The notes beneath the pieces are model-generated. The model did no database searches, was not told the DNA's origin, and was given only the letters and a program-made list of their open reading frames with translations. From Raillietiella orientalis (Eukaryota), in NCBI GenBank assembly GCA_036172245.1, contig JAYWIR010000006.1:4216001-4280000 (forward strand): 64,000 nucleotides of DNA. The letters are read 5' to 3'. Made by a program: the position numbers and the translations under genes. Every line of letters begins with the position of its first letter. Position 1 is the first letter of the stretch. Positions 13,511 through 25,623 of the stretch are shown here, one piece after another.

Positions 13511-15177
13511 AGAAACGGGTTCCATCACGAAGAGCGTTAGCACGGCAACCAGCTGCTGCCGCCACTTACTGGCTTTCTCGTTCTCTTTCTCCAGACCGCC
13601 CCCTCTCCCTGGCAAATCCGATAAGTGGGGCTGGTTAGCTCTGCCCTAAACAAGAGACCGAGGTTATGCTCGCCGCCGTCCGATCTTCCCCCTCCAGGAA
13701 GCTCTGCATACATGGTTCCGATCGACAACTGGCACGAACCGGGAGCACAGTCTTTGGAAAGCCTCAGAGAGAAGGCGAGGCGCTGAAGATGCCGGAGCGC
13801 AAAAAAAAAAAAAAAAAACGTCTTCCCGATCTCTTTCGCGCGTCCCCGAACCGGATCGGGAACCACTTAACTCGCGGTTCCCGATCCCGAGCGAGGATGA
13901 ATGAGCGGGGGAACGGCGAGTGGTTGCTGGGCCGCCGCAGAGCGCATGACAAGCTGCTAAGAGACGGGCGACTCGACCGCTGCCACATGCCTCGCGAAGT
14001 TCGGCCCGGTCGACGAGAGCAGCGCCCCATCCCAGGCCGTCCGTTGCAACCATCCAAGCGGGTTCGTTGCCGGACGGCTGCTCCCGGATTCTGCCAAGCT
14101 CCCCCTTGCTCGCCCGGAGAAAACCACCAGAACTCAGGCGCGCCGCCGCCGCGCTCTCTTCATGAGCCCGTTTTTCCCGGCCGTTATGAAACGCAGCCAG
14201 GCCCTTTGTTGAGGGTCTAAAAATGGCGGCTGGCTGTGCGTTGTCCGGGAGACTGGCCCTGTTGCCGAGGACTTTCCGAGTCGTTTCCGCCAAGCCTTCG
14301 CACTCTGCCGACGGCCGCACGCGTCGGCCATCCCCGTCTCACCTTCGACCTCTCATCCTCTGCTCCACAGCGGCCCCTATAGGCGCGTTCGCCTTCGCGT
14401 TCCCTCAGGAGAGCCGTCGCTCCTCCCGCAGCTAACGAAAAGCGGGAGGCCACGTAGAGAGAGGGCCCGAGCATCCTCTGCCAGGGCACCCTCGGCCGCC
14501 TGCCGCCTGGAGAGCCTCCTCCACGCCCCCCACCGCTGGTGGGTCTCGAAGTGTGGGAAGTGGGCAGTCGCACCCTCCATCGCCTCGGGAGCTGCAGGTG
14601 GGGCGGGGAGAGGAGCCCTGCGGCGTGGACCTGACGGGAGAAGGAAGGGTAATGGCAGTATCCAGGGACTGCTCCTGCAGTCCCCGTGGCGGGAGGCAGC
14701 ACGCGGCTCGGGAGGATAGCGTGCCGCGCATGTCCGCGACCGCCGCCGCAGGCGCGAAGACCGCGCCTCCGATGGGAGCAAGTGGGAGGCTCGATCTTCG
14801 GGCCGGCTGCCCAGCGACGCGCTTCTCGCCTGCCCCAACTCCTTCAGGACTTGCCGGGGGCGAGGGGAGGTCTTCCAATCAACAGCAGTCGCGGGGTCAG
14901 AATCCCTTCCTCCTCCCTTCAGGGACCCCGACCCCGGTCACTGGTGGCACCAGTGACCTCGGATGAAGGAGATACAGGAAAGCCCTCTCAGGGGAGGCAG
15001 ACTGGCGGTCGAAAAGGGCGTGCTGACCAGAAGCCCCTGAGGAAGACGCGGGAGAGAGCCGGGGAAAGTGGAGTCGCGTGCTGCTGGAGCAAGGGAAGAG
15101 AGGGGGGAAAGGCCAACAAGGTCGAGTAGGAGTCTTCTGAAGGTCCGCGGAGTGCTCCTCTTGCCCTTTCCGGTCCC

Positions 15178-15480
15178 GTCCGTATTGGTGACCGCGTGGC
15201 TGTGCACTCCCCGCGTGGCACCGGGCGCGTCGCGGGTTCGAATCCTGCCCGGGGGAGGATCGACGCCCCAAGGAGGGGGGCGCGTAGTTCCCCCCGCAGT
15301 ATGGCGCTGGTCGGTTCTCAGTTGGCTCTATCTTGCGGGAGGTCCCTCCGGAGAGAACAAGGGAGAGGTTCCCTTCCGGGTTCCTTACCAAGCGTGAGAG
15401 GTACGGGCGCCTCCCTCCGGAGTCCCCTTCTGGATTCGCTGGACAGCCTTTCCGGGATGCCCCCTAACTGGGAGAGTTCG
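15178..15480 (+). mobile_element. tRNA-headed SINE-like element, internally deleted copy
   Basis: B-box GGTTCGAATCC at 15235-15245 is followed by TCGACGCC...GTTGGCTCT as in the 51960 copy. The sequence then jumps to the GGTCCCTCCGGAGAGAACAAG body segment shared with ~37319. Confidence 0.6.
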
Positions 15481-16859
15481 ACATGGAGAAAGGACCCTCT
15501 CTGGAGGGGGGCGGGAGCTCCCGGAACCTTCTCGGCCCGCGCGGACGGAGAAGAGCGGCCCGTGAGCCGAGGCTTCGGGCGTGCGCGCTCTCGGGGTTGT
15601 CCGGCAACCACCTCCTGGTCCTCCCCCGTCCCCTTCCTTCCCCCTTCCCTCTGCACGTCCTCCTCCTAGAGGGCGCCGGGGGAAGAGAGGAAGGAGCGGC
15701 TCACGCACTCCTCTACTCGTATCCTCCCCGCTTAGCCTCCCTTCCTCCCGCTTACTGCGGCCGCCGCGGTCCGGAGGCTGTCGGGGATCCAGGTAGGTGC
15801 TACGGGCGGGGTGAGGCGGCGGCCGTCCGAGTCTCCTCGCCCCACCCGCCACTGCGTTGCGTCAGAGGCGCGCGCGAAAGCCGGCAGCGCCTACAGGAGC
15901 CGCGCGCGAGAGAGGGGGACGCGGTCCGGCGACCCGCGAAGCGGCGCCCGCGGCTGCTGGTGGCGCAACGGAGACTCCTCGGCACTCCTGTGGAGGGGGG
16001 ACACTTCTCAGCCAACCGATGGCCTCTGTCACCGCCCTTCCCCTGGCCAGGAGAGGAGAGGGGGGCCGCACAAGCGCGAGGTCACCACGGGTCCACCTGT
16101 GACCGCCTCCGCCCCTCGCTCGCTCCTTCCTCACGGCAAGCGAAGGGGATCGCACGCGCCCGGCCCCTCAACAGAACGACGGCAACCTCGACCTTCGGCC
16201 CCGGGAGGGCGTGGCGCCCCGCTCGTGGGGAGCACCAGAAGAACTCCCTTCCGGGGCCTCCCGCGTCTCCCGGAAGTGACGGGGGAGGTACCCGCTGCAG
16301 GGTAAGGGAGGGACCGTGCGGCGCCCTTCCAGTGGAAGACCTTGGGGGACAGCGCCCGCAGGGTCCCAAGGGGGAGGGGGGGCAGTAAAACGGGGGCGTT
16401 CCTTCCCAGGGGGTGACGACACCGCGACCCCGAGTTTGATCGATCACCCCGCTCGCGCGCGCATTGCCGCAACCGCCGCCAGGCCGCTGGCGCAATGCAG
16501 CCTTTCCGTGTGCCTTCGCTCGAACCACGCACGGACGCCGACATCGCCCCAGGAACGGACCTACCTCTGTCCCCTTCGCGGTCCCTCCGTGCTGCGCTCT
16601 CGAGCCCCCGTTGCGACTCGCAACGACCCCGAGGGCTTCCTACGGTCCCGGTCATCAAGCCGCCCAGAGATCGCTCCCGCGGAAGAGCTCGCCCGCCTCT
16701 GGCAGCGGAGGACCCGCGAGGACTGCTCCTGCAGTTCCCGCGGCACTCGCGGCGGCCCCTCCTCTGGGCGGCGGCTTATAGGCCGCACGCGCGCGAGCGC
16801 CTCGCCCCCCGCGCGACCGGCGCCATCGGACTTGGCGCAGTCCCGTCTCGACGGCATGT

Positions 16860-17250
16860 GGCTTTCCCTAGCGCTCTTCGTCCTGGCACCTCCTGGTTGA
16901 AGAGCGCCAGGTTCAACATGGCCTCTTTCGTGAGCCCTGGCCCCACGGAAAACAGGCGGGCGGGGATTGGTACTTGGCGTAACCTGCAACAGGCGCCTTG
17001 ATATGACCAGGGACAGCATGGGTTGGGTTGGGCCGCTTGGCACGATGTGGGCTGGCCCGCGTCTTCCGACCTGCGCCAACGGAATAACAGGAGCAAACCG
17101 GGAACCTTCCTGGCAGTCCCTCCTTTCGGGTGCTGCTCAGGTCATCATGGGCAAACAGCTGGGAAAGCTGCCGGGTAGCGAAGCCGAGCACTCGGACGTT
17201 ACCGTGGGAACGACGGAGCTCCGAAAGAATCTGGGGAGCCAACTTCGGGC
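16860..17250 (+). mobile_element. Decayed Tx1/L1-like ORF2 fragment
   Basis: ALAPRKTGGRGLVL matches LCAPRKDGGLDLL (13 kb copy) and WAPRREGGLGLALL (37.5 kb copy). Limits approximate. Confidence 0.4.
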
Positions 17251-20200
17251 GCTACTGCTCACGAGGGAGCGACCCTTCCCCCTTCACCGCCACATCGCCA
17301 TTTTTCCCCTCCCTCGCTCGCAGCTTGCCTTCTTCTCATCCCCGGCTCCGGTCCGGCGTCGTGGGGATCACGGGGAAGAACGGGAGTGGCTTCGAGGAAT
17401 CGAAAGTTTGCGGCAGAAAGGGTAGATGGGGTGGAGCGTGGGGAGGAGGAGGAGGAGGAGGAGGAGGAGAGGGAAGGTCGCCACCATAAATCCAGGAGAG
17501 GTGCGGCCCGGTTTCGTCAGGCGACAGTGGCAGTTGCCCAAGAAAACAGATCGCTCAGTTGCCCAACGGCTCTATTTTTACCCGCCCTCGCAATAGGGCG
17601 GAGGCGGCTCCACGTCGTCTCCGTGGCCGTCCGTGGTGACCTTCTAGAAGGATGGCGGGAGGAAGGGAGGGAGAAGATTGGGAAGGGTGGATGGACGGAT
17701 GTCCCGCCGCCGTGCACACCCCTACGCGAGGTGCTCTGCACCTGCTGGAAGACGCACGGAAAAGAAGGCCAGAAAAAGGGGGTGAGAAAGCAAGTGGAAG
17801 AGCAGGGAAAGGAGGGGAGAAGAGAGGTTAGCTCCGTTCTCTCCTTAGCAGATTGCAACCCGCGCTCAAGAACCGCACTGTGCCGTGGATCTCCCGGCAT
17901 GTCGCCAGTTGCGCCGAAGACTCCAGGCTTCGATGGGAGGTGAAGAGCTCGGAGGGTCCGCAAGCACCCAGCTTCCTAGTTTTTCCGGATGCACCGAAGC
18001 GCATGCGATCCTCTCTCTCCTGGTGCTGACGTGACCGACGAGACGTCCTGGTCAAGTGCAGCCTACGTGGACTCGATGGAGCTGTTGCTGCTGCCGCCGT
18101 CGCCTTCTCTACTATGTATTCATTTCTCTGTCTTGTGCCTTCGACAGCGCCGCTTACCTCTCGTTATACCCAAATTCAGGAAACCCCTCTGAGTCTTCTG
18201 ACACAGCCGACCTCCTTCCGTACGCCCTCTATTCGACAAAGAACATCGGATAAAAGAGACGCACGGAGCTTTTCGTATCGAAAGCGATGGGAGAGACGGG
18301 AAAAAAGAAACCCTGACGGCATGCACCCACACACGAACATGTGTTTTTGTCACTCAAAAAGCATTCGGACATGACATCACTTTGTCACGCGCTAAAGAAA
18401 CAGAAAGGAAAATGTCGGTAGTATGCAACCTACTCGTACGTGGTAATGAAATCCCCCCAGTCATCACAGCGAAATCGATCCCTCGTCGTCTCCAAATTAC
18501 ACATATTACAAACAAAACCTACATTGCTCCCGACTCACCACCTCCCCATAAATAGCGAGCTACCAATTATTTCTCCATAAACAGCAAATCCGTATTAGTT
18601 TTGCTCCTCCTCCTCCCAGTCGTGTCAGTTGGGGTTTTTAACAAGAACGGAGACACATGTGGAATCGAATTTTCCCGGAGATTACAACACGAGCTTGTGC
18701 TGGTATGTCATCATCGACCACCTCCACTTTCCATTATTCCACAGGCCCGATGTTTGCATCTATTGTCGTTTCCGTTTCGCAAAGGTTGTTTTTCCCAAGG
18801 AAACGAACCGACTGCAGAATTTTTCCGTCCATGGGACGGAAAACGGGGGGAATTTTCCAAGCGCTCAGCAGGGTTTACGCTGCCTACCTCCGTGAGCACT
18901 TGGCGGAACAACCGTCCGTCGTCAACGCCAGAGGATGGTTGCCCGGTTACCGGGCGATCGTATTGTTGCGACGCTGGGGCTAGCGTTTACGGTTTCCGTT
19001 TTCCTGTTTTCCGATGCTAAGTTTAGGGGGTTCGAGGCGCCTTGGAGACGACCGAGCCGGCCGGCCAATCAGGCGTGAACGCGAAACGTCACTCCGGGAG
19101 ACGCGGCGTAGGCTAAGAACGCGTCAGGGCAGGGGGGAGGAGGAGAAGCGGGGGGGGGGGGGAAGGAGAAAAGAAACGGGGAGTAAAAGCACAGCCGCAA
19201 ACAAATGTGGAGTGCATCAGAGACGGAAACAAGGCAAGAGAAAACGAAAGGAAGGGAGACGAAAAAGAAAGAAAGCAAGAAAGAAAGAAAGAAAAAAGAA
19301 AGAAAGAAATGCGTTTCTTCACCTTATCGGGAGATGAAATCTTCGTTCCGCCTCTGCACAGGCAGAGAGGGGGCATCGTATCGGACTGGACGCTGCCGCA
19401 CAACAGACTTGGGGGAGGCACAAAGCTGCGCGAAATAAACAATCAGGAAGGAACGGTCTCGAGGTGCCGCATCAAAGAATTCTTTCGGTTCGTATCACAG
19501 CTGCACCTCCAGGCAATGCTGCACTGATCAAAGGATGAGTAAGGAGGGGGAGGGGGAGAATTAGGTTATAGTAAGGTCTGAAACTTCTTCCCGACTGGAG
19601 AGGCATTGGGAAAAACTGACAGGAAGACAACTTCGAGAGGCTGCTCCTGTTCCCGAAAGGCAGTAGCATGCAAAAAATCCCCTGATGCCGCTTGGAAGGC
19701 TCTCCTTGAACGAAGACACCCCGGAGTGCACGGCCCTTCCTCGATCCGATGTTCCTGACTTCCAGAATCTTCTCTGGAAGCCTACGGTGGCCTCGTCCGC
19801 CTCAGGAAGCGACAGAAGGGAATGAACTCACTAAAGCTCTACCATGTCAGCTCTCAGGAAAGGAGCCGGGTTTTCCGAGAGAGATAGGGGGACCTTTCTG
19901 GGGCCTCGGCTCTGGAGAGGTGCGGATCTTCCACCCACCGCACCCCTTTCTACACGGACAGGCTCGGGAATTGCAACTGGACACCAAAGGAAGAGGAGAA
20001 GGAGGAACAGAGGTGTCGCAGTGCCCGTCGGTGGATACTGAGCCACCCCGAAGGGGTCTGCAGGAGCTGCATCGCTTCGCGGGTGCTCCTCCCCTCCCGC
20101 GAATCCCGCCGGAGCTCCCCTCCATCCTCTCGCTGGCGCCGAGAAGCGCGCGTGCCGAAGAACAGCAGAAGCCGCCGCGTGCCCTACGAAGACTCTCAGC

Positions 20201-20289
20201 GGCGCCGAATAATCCGCCCCCCTTCCGCGCTGCGTTCTCCCTGGCCCCTTCGTGGGAGGAAGAGCAGCAGCACCCCATCAGATGACGCA

Positions 20290-21742
20290 TGTCAGTCACT
20301 CTTCCGTTTTGGGGGTACCCCGGGAGGGGACTGTCCAGAGAGACCCAGGGGGACGAACTTCGTTCCCATTACGTCCAGTAAGGAACCACCTCTTCCAGAC
20401 TCTTTCCGGAGGGACCCCTCGGTTTCTTGGGGCTGCTCCCGGTTTCCTTCTCTGAAAAGAAGCCCGAAGTGTCCTATTTCTCCGTAGGGTACTCCTTGAA
20501 GGGTGCAGCGCGCTTCTTTAACACTCTGGGTAGGCAACCCCCGAGGAGGGCCTCAACCAGCTCCGTGGGACGCGACGGAGGGTCCCGCCCAGAGGGGGGG
20601 AGAGCAGCTGTGTTTTCACAATCGGAAGGAGTGAACCCCCGAGGAGATCCTCGATTCCTGGAAGTACCCCGGAGGGTCAACTCCCAATCCCGGTGGCCAG
20701 TCAACGGGGGCGTCCGGTTTCCACCAGCGCCGCATCAGCGTCATCCTGAGGGGAGACGGGACTCGAAACCCATAGAGCACCCCCCACTTCTCCGCGTGAC
20801 CAATACAGAATAAGAAGAAACGTGGGTGCGTGGACAACTCGGGAGCTGGAGGAAGCTGCCACCCCGGGTGTCCCATCCAACGGACTGCTACGCCGGGGAG
20901 AGCTGCTATAAACCCCTCCAGAAGAGGTGAAGTGGCTCCCAGCGTGTAGGGACAGTGCAAGCCTCACCCTAAAGTGGCAGGAGTTGGCGAACCTGCTCTT
21001 GTACTGGGTCTCCCGTGCAACGCCCGCCGACACCATTGGACCCGGAGAAGGAGGTGAGCCCGAACTGGAGCAGGTGCGGCGAGAGAGAGTTCTTCCCGCA
21101 CCTGCTCGTGGAGTGTGCTTCCCTCCGCCTCATGTGTCCCTAAGCATCCCCGAGGACAATCACAGAGAGGTTTTGAGGCGCCTCTTCCAGCGCGACGCCC
21201 TCACGTCGGCCACATCCCTAGCATCACCTTGCTGCCTACGCGGGATGGGCCCGCGTAAGCAGCAAGCATGGAGCAACGCCAGAGGAGTCCAGGACGACAG
21301 GGACGCCATCCATTCTGCTGTCCTCTTCTTGAGGATAGCGTCAGGATGACCCATCTGGGGATCTTGAAACAGAAGCTTGCTGGCATCCTTACAAGGATGC
21401 AAGGGACGCCCTCCAGCATACAGTGATCCCTTCCCGAACCCCCCCCATTCTTTGACTGCATTTTTCATTTTATTTTTTTTTCTTTTTATTTGTCTTCCCT
21501 TCCTCTGTGCTGCCGTGGCGAACCTCGCCGGCCTGCGCGGCGATTCCCGGCAGGTTCTTTCTGTGCATTTTGTGAACGTGGCAGGATCACTCATCTTGCT
21601 GCTGACATCAGAGTTTTATTTTTAATAAATAAACGCTTCGGCATGACCGGGTGTCAATCCACTTCTCGGCGTCGACTCTTTTTCCCGGGAAGAAGTCGAA
21701 CCTGCGATGCACGCTCGCGATCACGCGGCCGCCAAGGCTGGG
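20290..21742 (-). mobile_element. tRNA-headed SINE-like element interrupted by a Tx1-like insertion (20801-21658)
   Basis: Head on minus at 21742-21660 (GCAGGTTCGACTTC...GTCGACGCCGAGAAGTGG). The body resumes below 20800 and includes AAGAAGCGCGCTGCACCCTTC and GGAAGAGTGAC, shared with the 37.2 and 52.3 kb copies. Confidence 0.65.
20801..21658 (+). mobile_element. 5'-truncated L1/Tx1-like element with target-site duplication
   Basis: GAWTTRELEEAATP, LTLKWQELA, RCGEREFFPHLLVEC (zf-RVT-like), T-rich 3' UTR, AATAAACGCTTCGGCATGACCGGGTG end. Flanked by ccacttctccgcgtgac (20784-20800) and ccacttctcggcgtcgac (21659-21676). Confidence 0.82.
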
Positions 21743-21819
21743 CTGACTGACCGAGAAGCCTAAATGTCCCTTCTCATTTACCTCAACATTCGACTTCCAT
21801 CATTCACCCTTCCAATAAA

Positions 21820-22330
21820 CAAACCGTGCGTTTGCCGGCACCAAAGTCCCTCCGCCTCGTGACCGCCTGCTTCCGGTTCCCTGTTCTCCTGAGCAGTGTC
21901 CTGGACTGGGCTTGGTCACTGCGGAATGTTCCTCCATGGTGCTGCTGCTGGAGGCTGAGAATCTTTGTGAGGCGCGGGTGGCACTCGCTCAGGAGGTGGT
22001 GGAATTCGGCACCCTCGTCCACGAACCTGCAGTGGAGGTGACTCCTCGCGCGGAGTCGTAAAGAACAAAGTTGGAGCGCTCCACCGGGTCCGGAAGCGTC
22101 TTCAGCTCTGGGCTAGATGCCGGAGTCTGCAGGCCTTCCAGGGTGGTCTCCGAAGTGAAGGCGTTCCTCCTGGCGCCTTCCCTTCGGAGGCCTGGTGGCT
22201 GCTGCCCACCAGAGTCCGGAGCAAACACGTGGTCAGGCAGGGCCACCACCAGCTTCATCATTCGAAGAGCGACACCTGCCTGTTGGTATCCTGCCGTTCA
22301 CTTGGAAAGGGAGGCTTCTGGAGAGGGGGT
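21820..22330 (-). mobile_element. Possible relic of another non-LTR retrotransposon (CCHC-like knuckle)
   Basis: Translation ...RSHLHCRFVDEGAEFHHLLSECHP resembles the CxxC...HxLxxC knuckle of non-LTR ORF2; little other support. Confidence 0.25.
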
Positions 22331-23474
22331 CATCGAGGGCACGCTCAAGAAGCAGCGACAGAGGCACTCGGTTCGTGGTGCTGCCTGCAGTATCAACTCA
22401 CTGCAATCTCGGCTCGCAAGACGGCGCTCTTTTGGAACCCTCAGACGTTGCTGGAGAGACGGGGGCTCGGTACCGGAGGTTTCAGCCTGAAGGTCGTCTC
22501 CTCTGCTTCCCCCCCCCCCTCCCGACGGCAACTGCGAAGTTCGACGCTCGCGGCGGATGCTGGACGAAACCATCTCCGAGCTTTTCTCATTTCTCTCACA
22601 TTGTCCGTCCCGTCGCCCCGGGCGGCAGACTGCCCCGAGATGACGCGGAAGGAGGGTGAGACGTCCTGAACCCTCGTTGTTCCGCCCCGAGGGCGCAGCG
22701 CGAGTCCCCGCCGCCTTTCTTCCCCGGGAGCCTCTGGTCCAGCCCATGGCGGGCGCGGGACCGGAGCAGTCGCGCGGATCCCACCGCTGCCGCCTCTTTT
22801 TTGAAACCTCTGGGTTGGTGCGTGGCGTCGCCGCTTCGGCACCCCCCTTCCCCTTCCGTCCCGGCGGGCCGCTTCCTTCCTTCCACGAGCGGGCGGCTGG
22901 CGCCAGACGCCTCGCGGGTGGGAGGTGCGTCTGCTCCGGTAGCACCGATCTGCGAGCGCCGCCATCGGACGTCTCCCCCTCCTCACCTTCATCTTCTCGT
23001 GCCGAGCTCTCGGAGAGCGGGGAGCGCCACGTCGGGAGAGACGCTGCCAGGCGACCGGCGCCATCAGGAAGGAAAACTCGCACCCTCAGAGGTTCGTCCG
23101 GCCGGCGCGGCGTCTTTGAGGAGTGTCGCCGCTCGGAAGACCCACCGGGGCCGCGGCTGCGAAGGAGGGGCTCTCAGAGTCGCGTTCCACGCGCGCGGGA
23201 CTTCGGGCATCGCTCCAGCGCGCTTGCTCCCAGTCCCCCCGCCTGCGGCCCTGACTTCTTGGTTGTCTCCCCGTCGCTCCCCCTCCTCGGATTGGGGACT
23301 CCCTGAGGCCATTAGGTGCCATGAAACACGCATCCCCGCGAGCGGAAGCTGACGGAGAAGTCGCCGCTTCGCCGGAAGAGGAAGTGCCCGTGGCGTAGGT
23401 TTCATGGTCTTTCGGGAGGGCTCGCGTCGTGATCCGCTCCTGCGCGCGCGGGACGCGTGCTTGCTAACCACCGC

Positions 23475-25623
23475 GGGCCCCTCCCTGAAGAGAGGATGCG
23501 CTATGCCGCCGCCACCTGCGCCCGTCCGTGGGGGCGCGCGCGGCTGCCGGGGGAAAGCCGCCGCTGTGAGGTGGCGGCGGTCGTTGCCTGGGAAATCCCC
23601 GTCTTCCTTTCTTCGTGCGCGCGCGCGGGACACCCCTTTCGGAACTTTCACGAGCCAACCGCTGCGAAGTGGCCCCGTTCGCCGCGCGCGCGGACGGGGA
23701 GAGGAGGGCTCGATGTGCGCGCGCCCATGCCCGCGCGCGCCGGGCGCCCTGGCACGCGGCTGTTGCCCGCGTTCGAAACGCCTCCGAGTGGACCTCCCGC
23801 CCGTTCGCACGCGAAAGTCCGCGCCGCCCGCGACCACGCCGCGCGCGGGGTCCAGCGGCGGTCTCCGCTCCGCAGCAGCTGGCAGAGAAAAATTCCATCT
23901 TTCGGACTTTGCGGGGGAAAGTTTGCGGGGGAAACTTTCCCTTCCCGACACGGGGACCCTCCTCCGGATGGGCTCTCCCTGATGGATGACCGCGCTGAGC
24001 CTCCGCCTCGAAGACCTCGATTCGCCGCGCCTCCGCCCGTCTCCGAGGGGACGACGCGAGAGTTGCCGCCGGTTCGATCCGCTCCCAGGCAACGACCGCG
24101 GCCGCGAGTCGCCGTCGTCGGCTTTACCCGGCAGCCGCGCGCGCCCTACCCCCCGGACGGGCGCAGGGGGCGGAGCTCACCCTCTCTGCAGGGAGGGGCC
24201 CACGAAGGAGCGGGCAGATTCTTCCAGGGGGCAGGGGGCGTGGAAGCTGCCTCCCTCTCTCCCGGCGACTCCGGGAGGGTAGCAGCGGGTGGTGGAGGCG
24301 GGGGGAAAGTGGCGGTGCGGCCGACGGCCGGCGCGCGCGAGCAGAGTGCAGGCGCAGCGGAGGTCAGCGCGGAGAAGCCCCGCCGCTGCCGCCGGCGCGC
24401 GTGCAAACGGAGTTCATCGGCGAAACGGAAACGCCAATTCTTCACCACGACGGAAGGGATGGCTTTTTAGAGTCTTTGAGTCTTTATCAAGCTCATTATC
24501 CGGCTCATTTTCGAGCGAGCGGACTTTCGTCCGGTCCAAAACGGCCGCTTCTTGCGCAACGTGGGATGCATTTGTTTTTTTTTGTGTTTTTTTTGCTCAC
24601 ATAAATTGGAAGTCGCTTTATTACTGTCATGGCGAACGGAATGATTGCTAGCGAGCCGCTCGCCGCTGCTGCCCGCGTCGGTTTCGAACCTCCGTGTCAT
24701 GAATACGCCGAAGAGTGGGGGGGAGAGGCGAAAATGCAGTGAAAATGGTGAAACTCGTCGCCAAAAAAGAGAAGAAAAAAAAAAAAAAATCCTCCGTCCG
24801 ATGTAGAGTGACGTCAGTGAGGATGTACACCGCGGGCTTCCGACTCCGGGAGCGGGAGGAAATTCCTTCTCCCCTCTCCCGTTCCCACCCCTTCCTGTCG
24901 GCGTCCCCGGCGCTCTTGCTGTTCTGCGGAGAGGGGTCGGCGGAGGCGGCGGTGAGAGAGGGGGGAGAGGAGGGGAGGCGCAGAAGCTCGAGGAGGGAGG
25001 CAACCTCAAACACTGGACTAGCGGGCACCTCAGCTTCTCCCGCCCACGTTCTGAGATGACCCGCTCAAACGCGCATGATGCCGGCCGTCGGGAGCGTCAA
25101 ACTGGAGCGCATGCGCGCGCGTCCGAGGGGTACATGCTCGGGGAAGATGGGGGTCACGATCTTCGCGCCTGGGAAGAGAACGCTGGCTCGTTTCCACGAG
25201 CGCCGGCCGGCCGGTTCGTGCTGGCGGCGTCCGATGCAGGCGGCTTACCGAGAGCCGGCTGGCGACACGTGAACGCGTGCGCGCGGGCTGGCGGGCGTCG
25301 CTTTCCCGACGCCGCCACCGCCCTGCACGGTTCCACGCTGGGACGGAGAGTGGGTGCCGATCCACGGGGTCCGCCCGTCCATCAGAGGCCGTGTGGAGAA
25401 ACCCCGGAAGCCACGTGGGGCCGCTTGCTCTCGGGAAGGCGGCCCAGACTGACAAGCGCATTCCTGGCAAGGAAATATCGCCGCGCGTCGACGCTCGCGT
25501 CATCCCGGGGCGCGAGAGTCGGGCGGCGGCGCAGCGAATCGAAGTCTCCGAGGCGGTGGCTTGGCGCTGTCGTGTATCAGGGAGAGCCTATCCGGAGGCC
25601 CCCACCCCCGCGTCGGGAGGGAA
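23475..25623. repeat. Cluster of interlocking inverted repeats
   Basis: 23475-23593 is a diverged reverse complement of 24083-24201; 23938-24092 is a diverged reverse complement of ~25462-25623 (e.g. CTCCGGATGGGCTCTCCCTGAT vs ATCAGGGAGAGCCTATCCGGAG). Confidence 0.8.

Noticed and set aside
15190..15255. Intact tRNA gene (also ~51960-52020)
   Set aside because: Only the T-arm/B-box is recognisable; no convincing D-arm, anticodon arm or acceptor stem, and it continues into a repeat body.
21634..21643. CGCTTCGGCA at the element 3' end resembling the U6 5' stem-loop (U6 as a target site)
   Set aside because: Only 10 nt, it lies inside the element as defined by the TSDs, and it varies between copies (CGCCCCGGCG).
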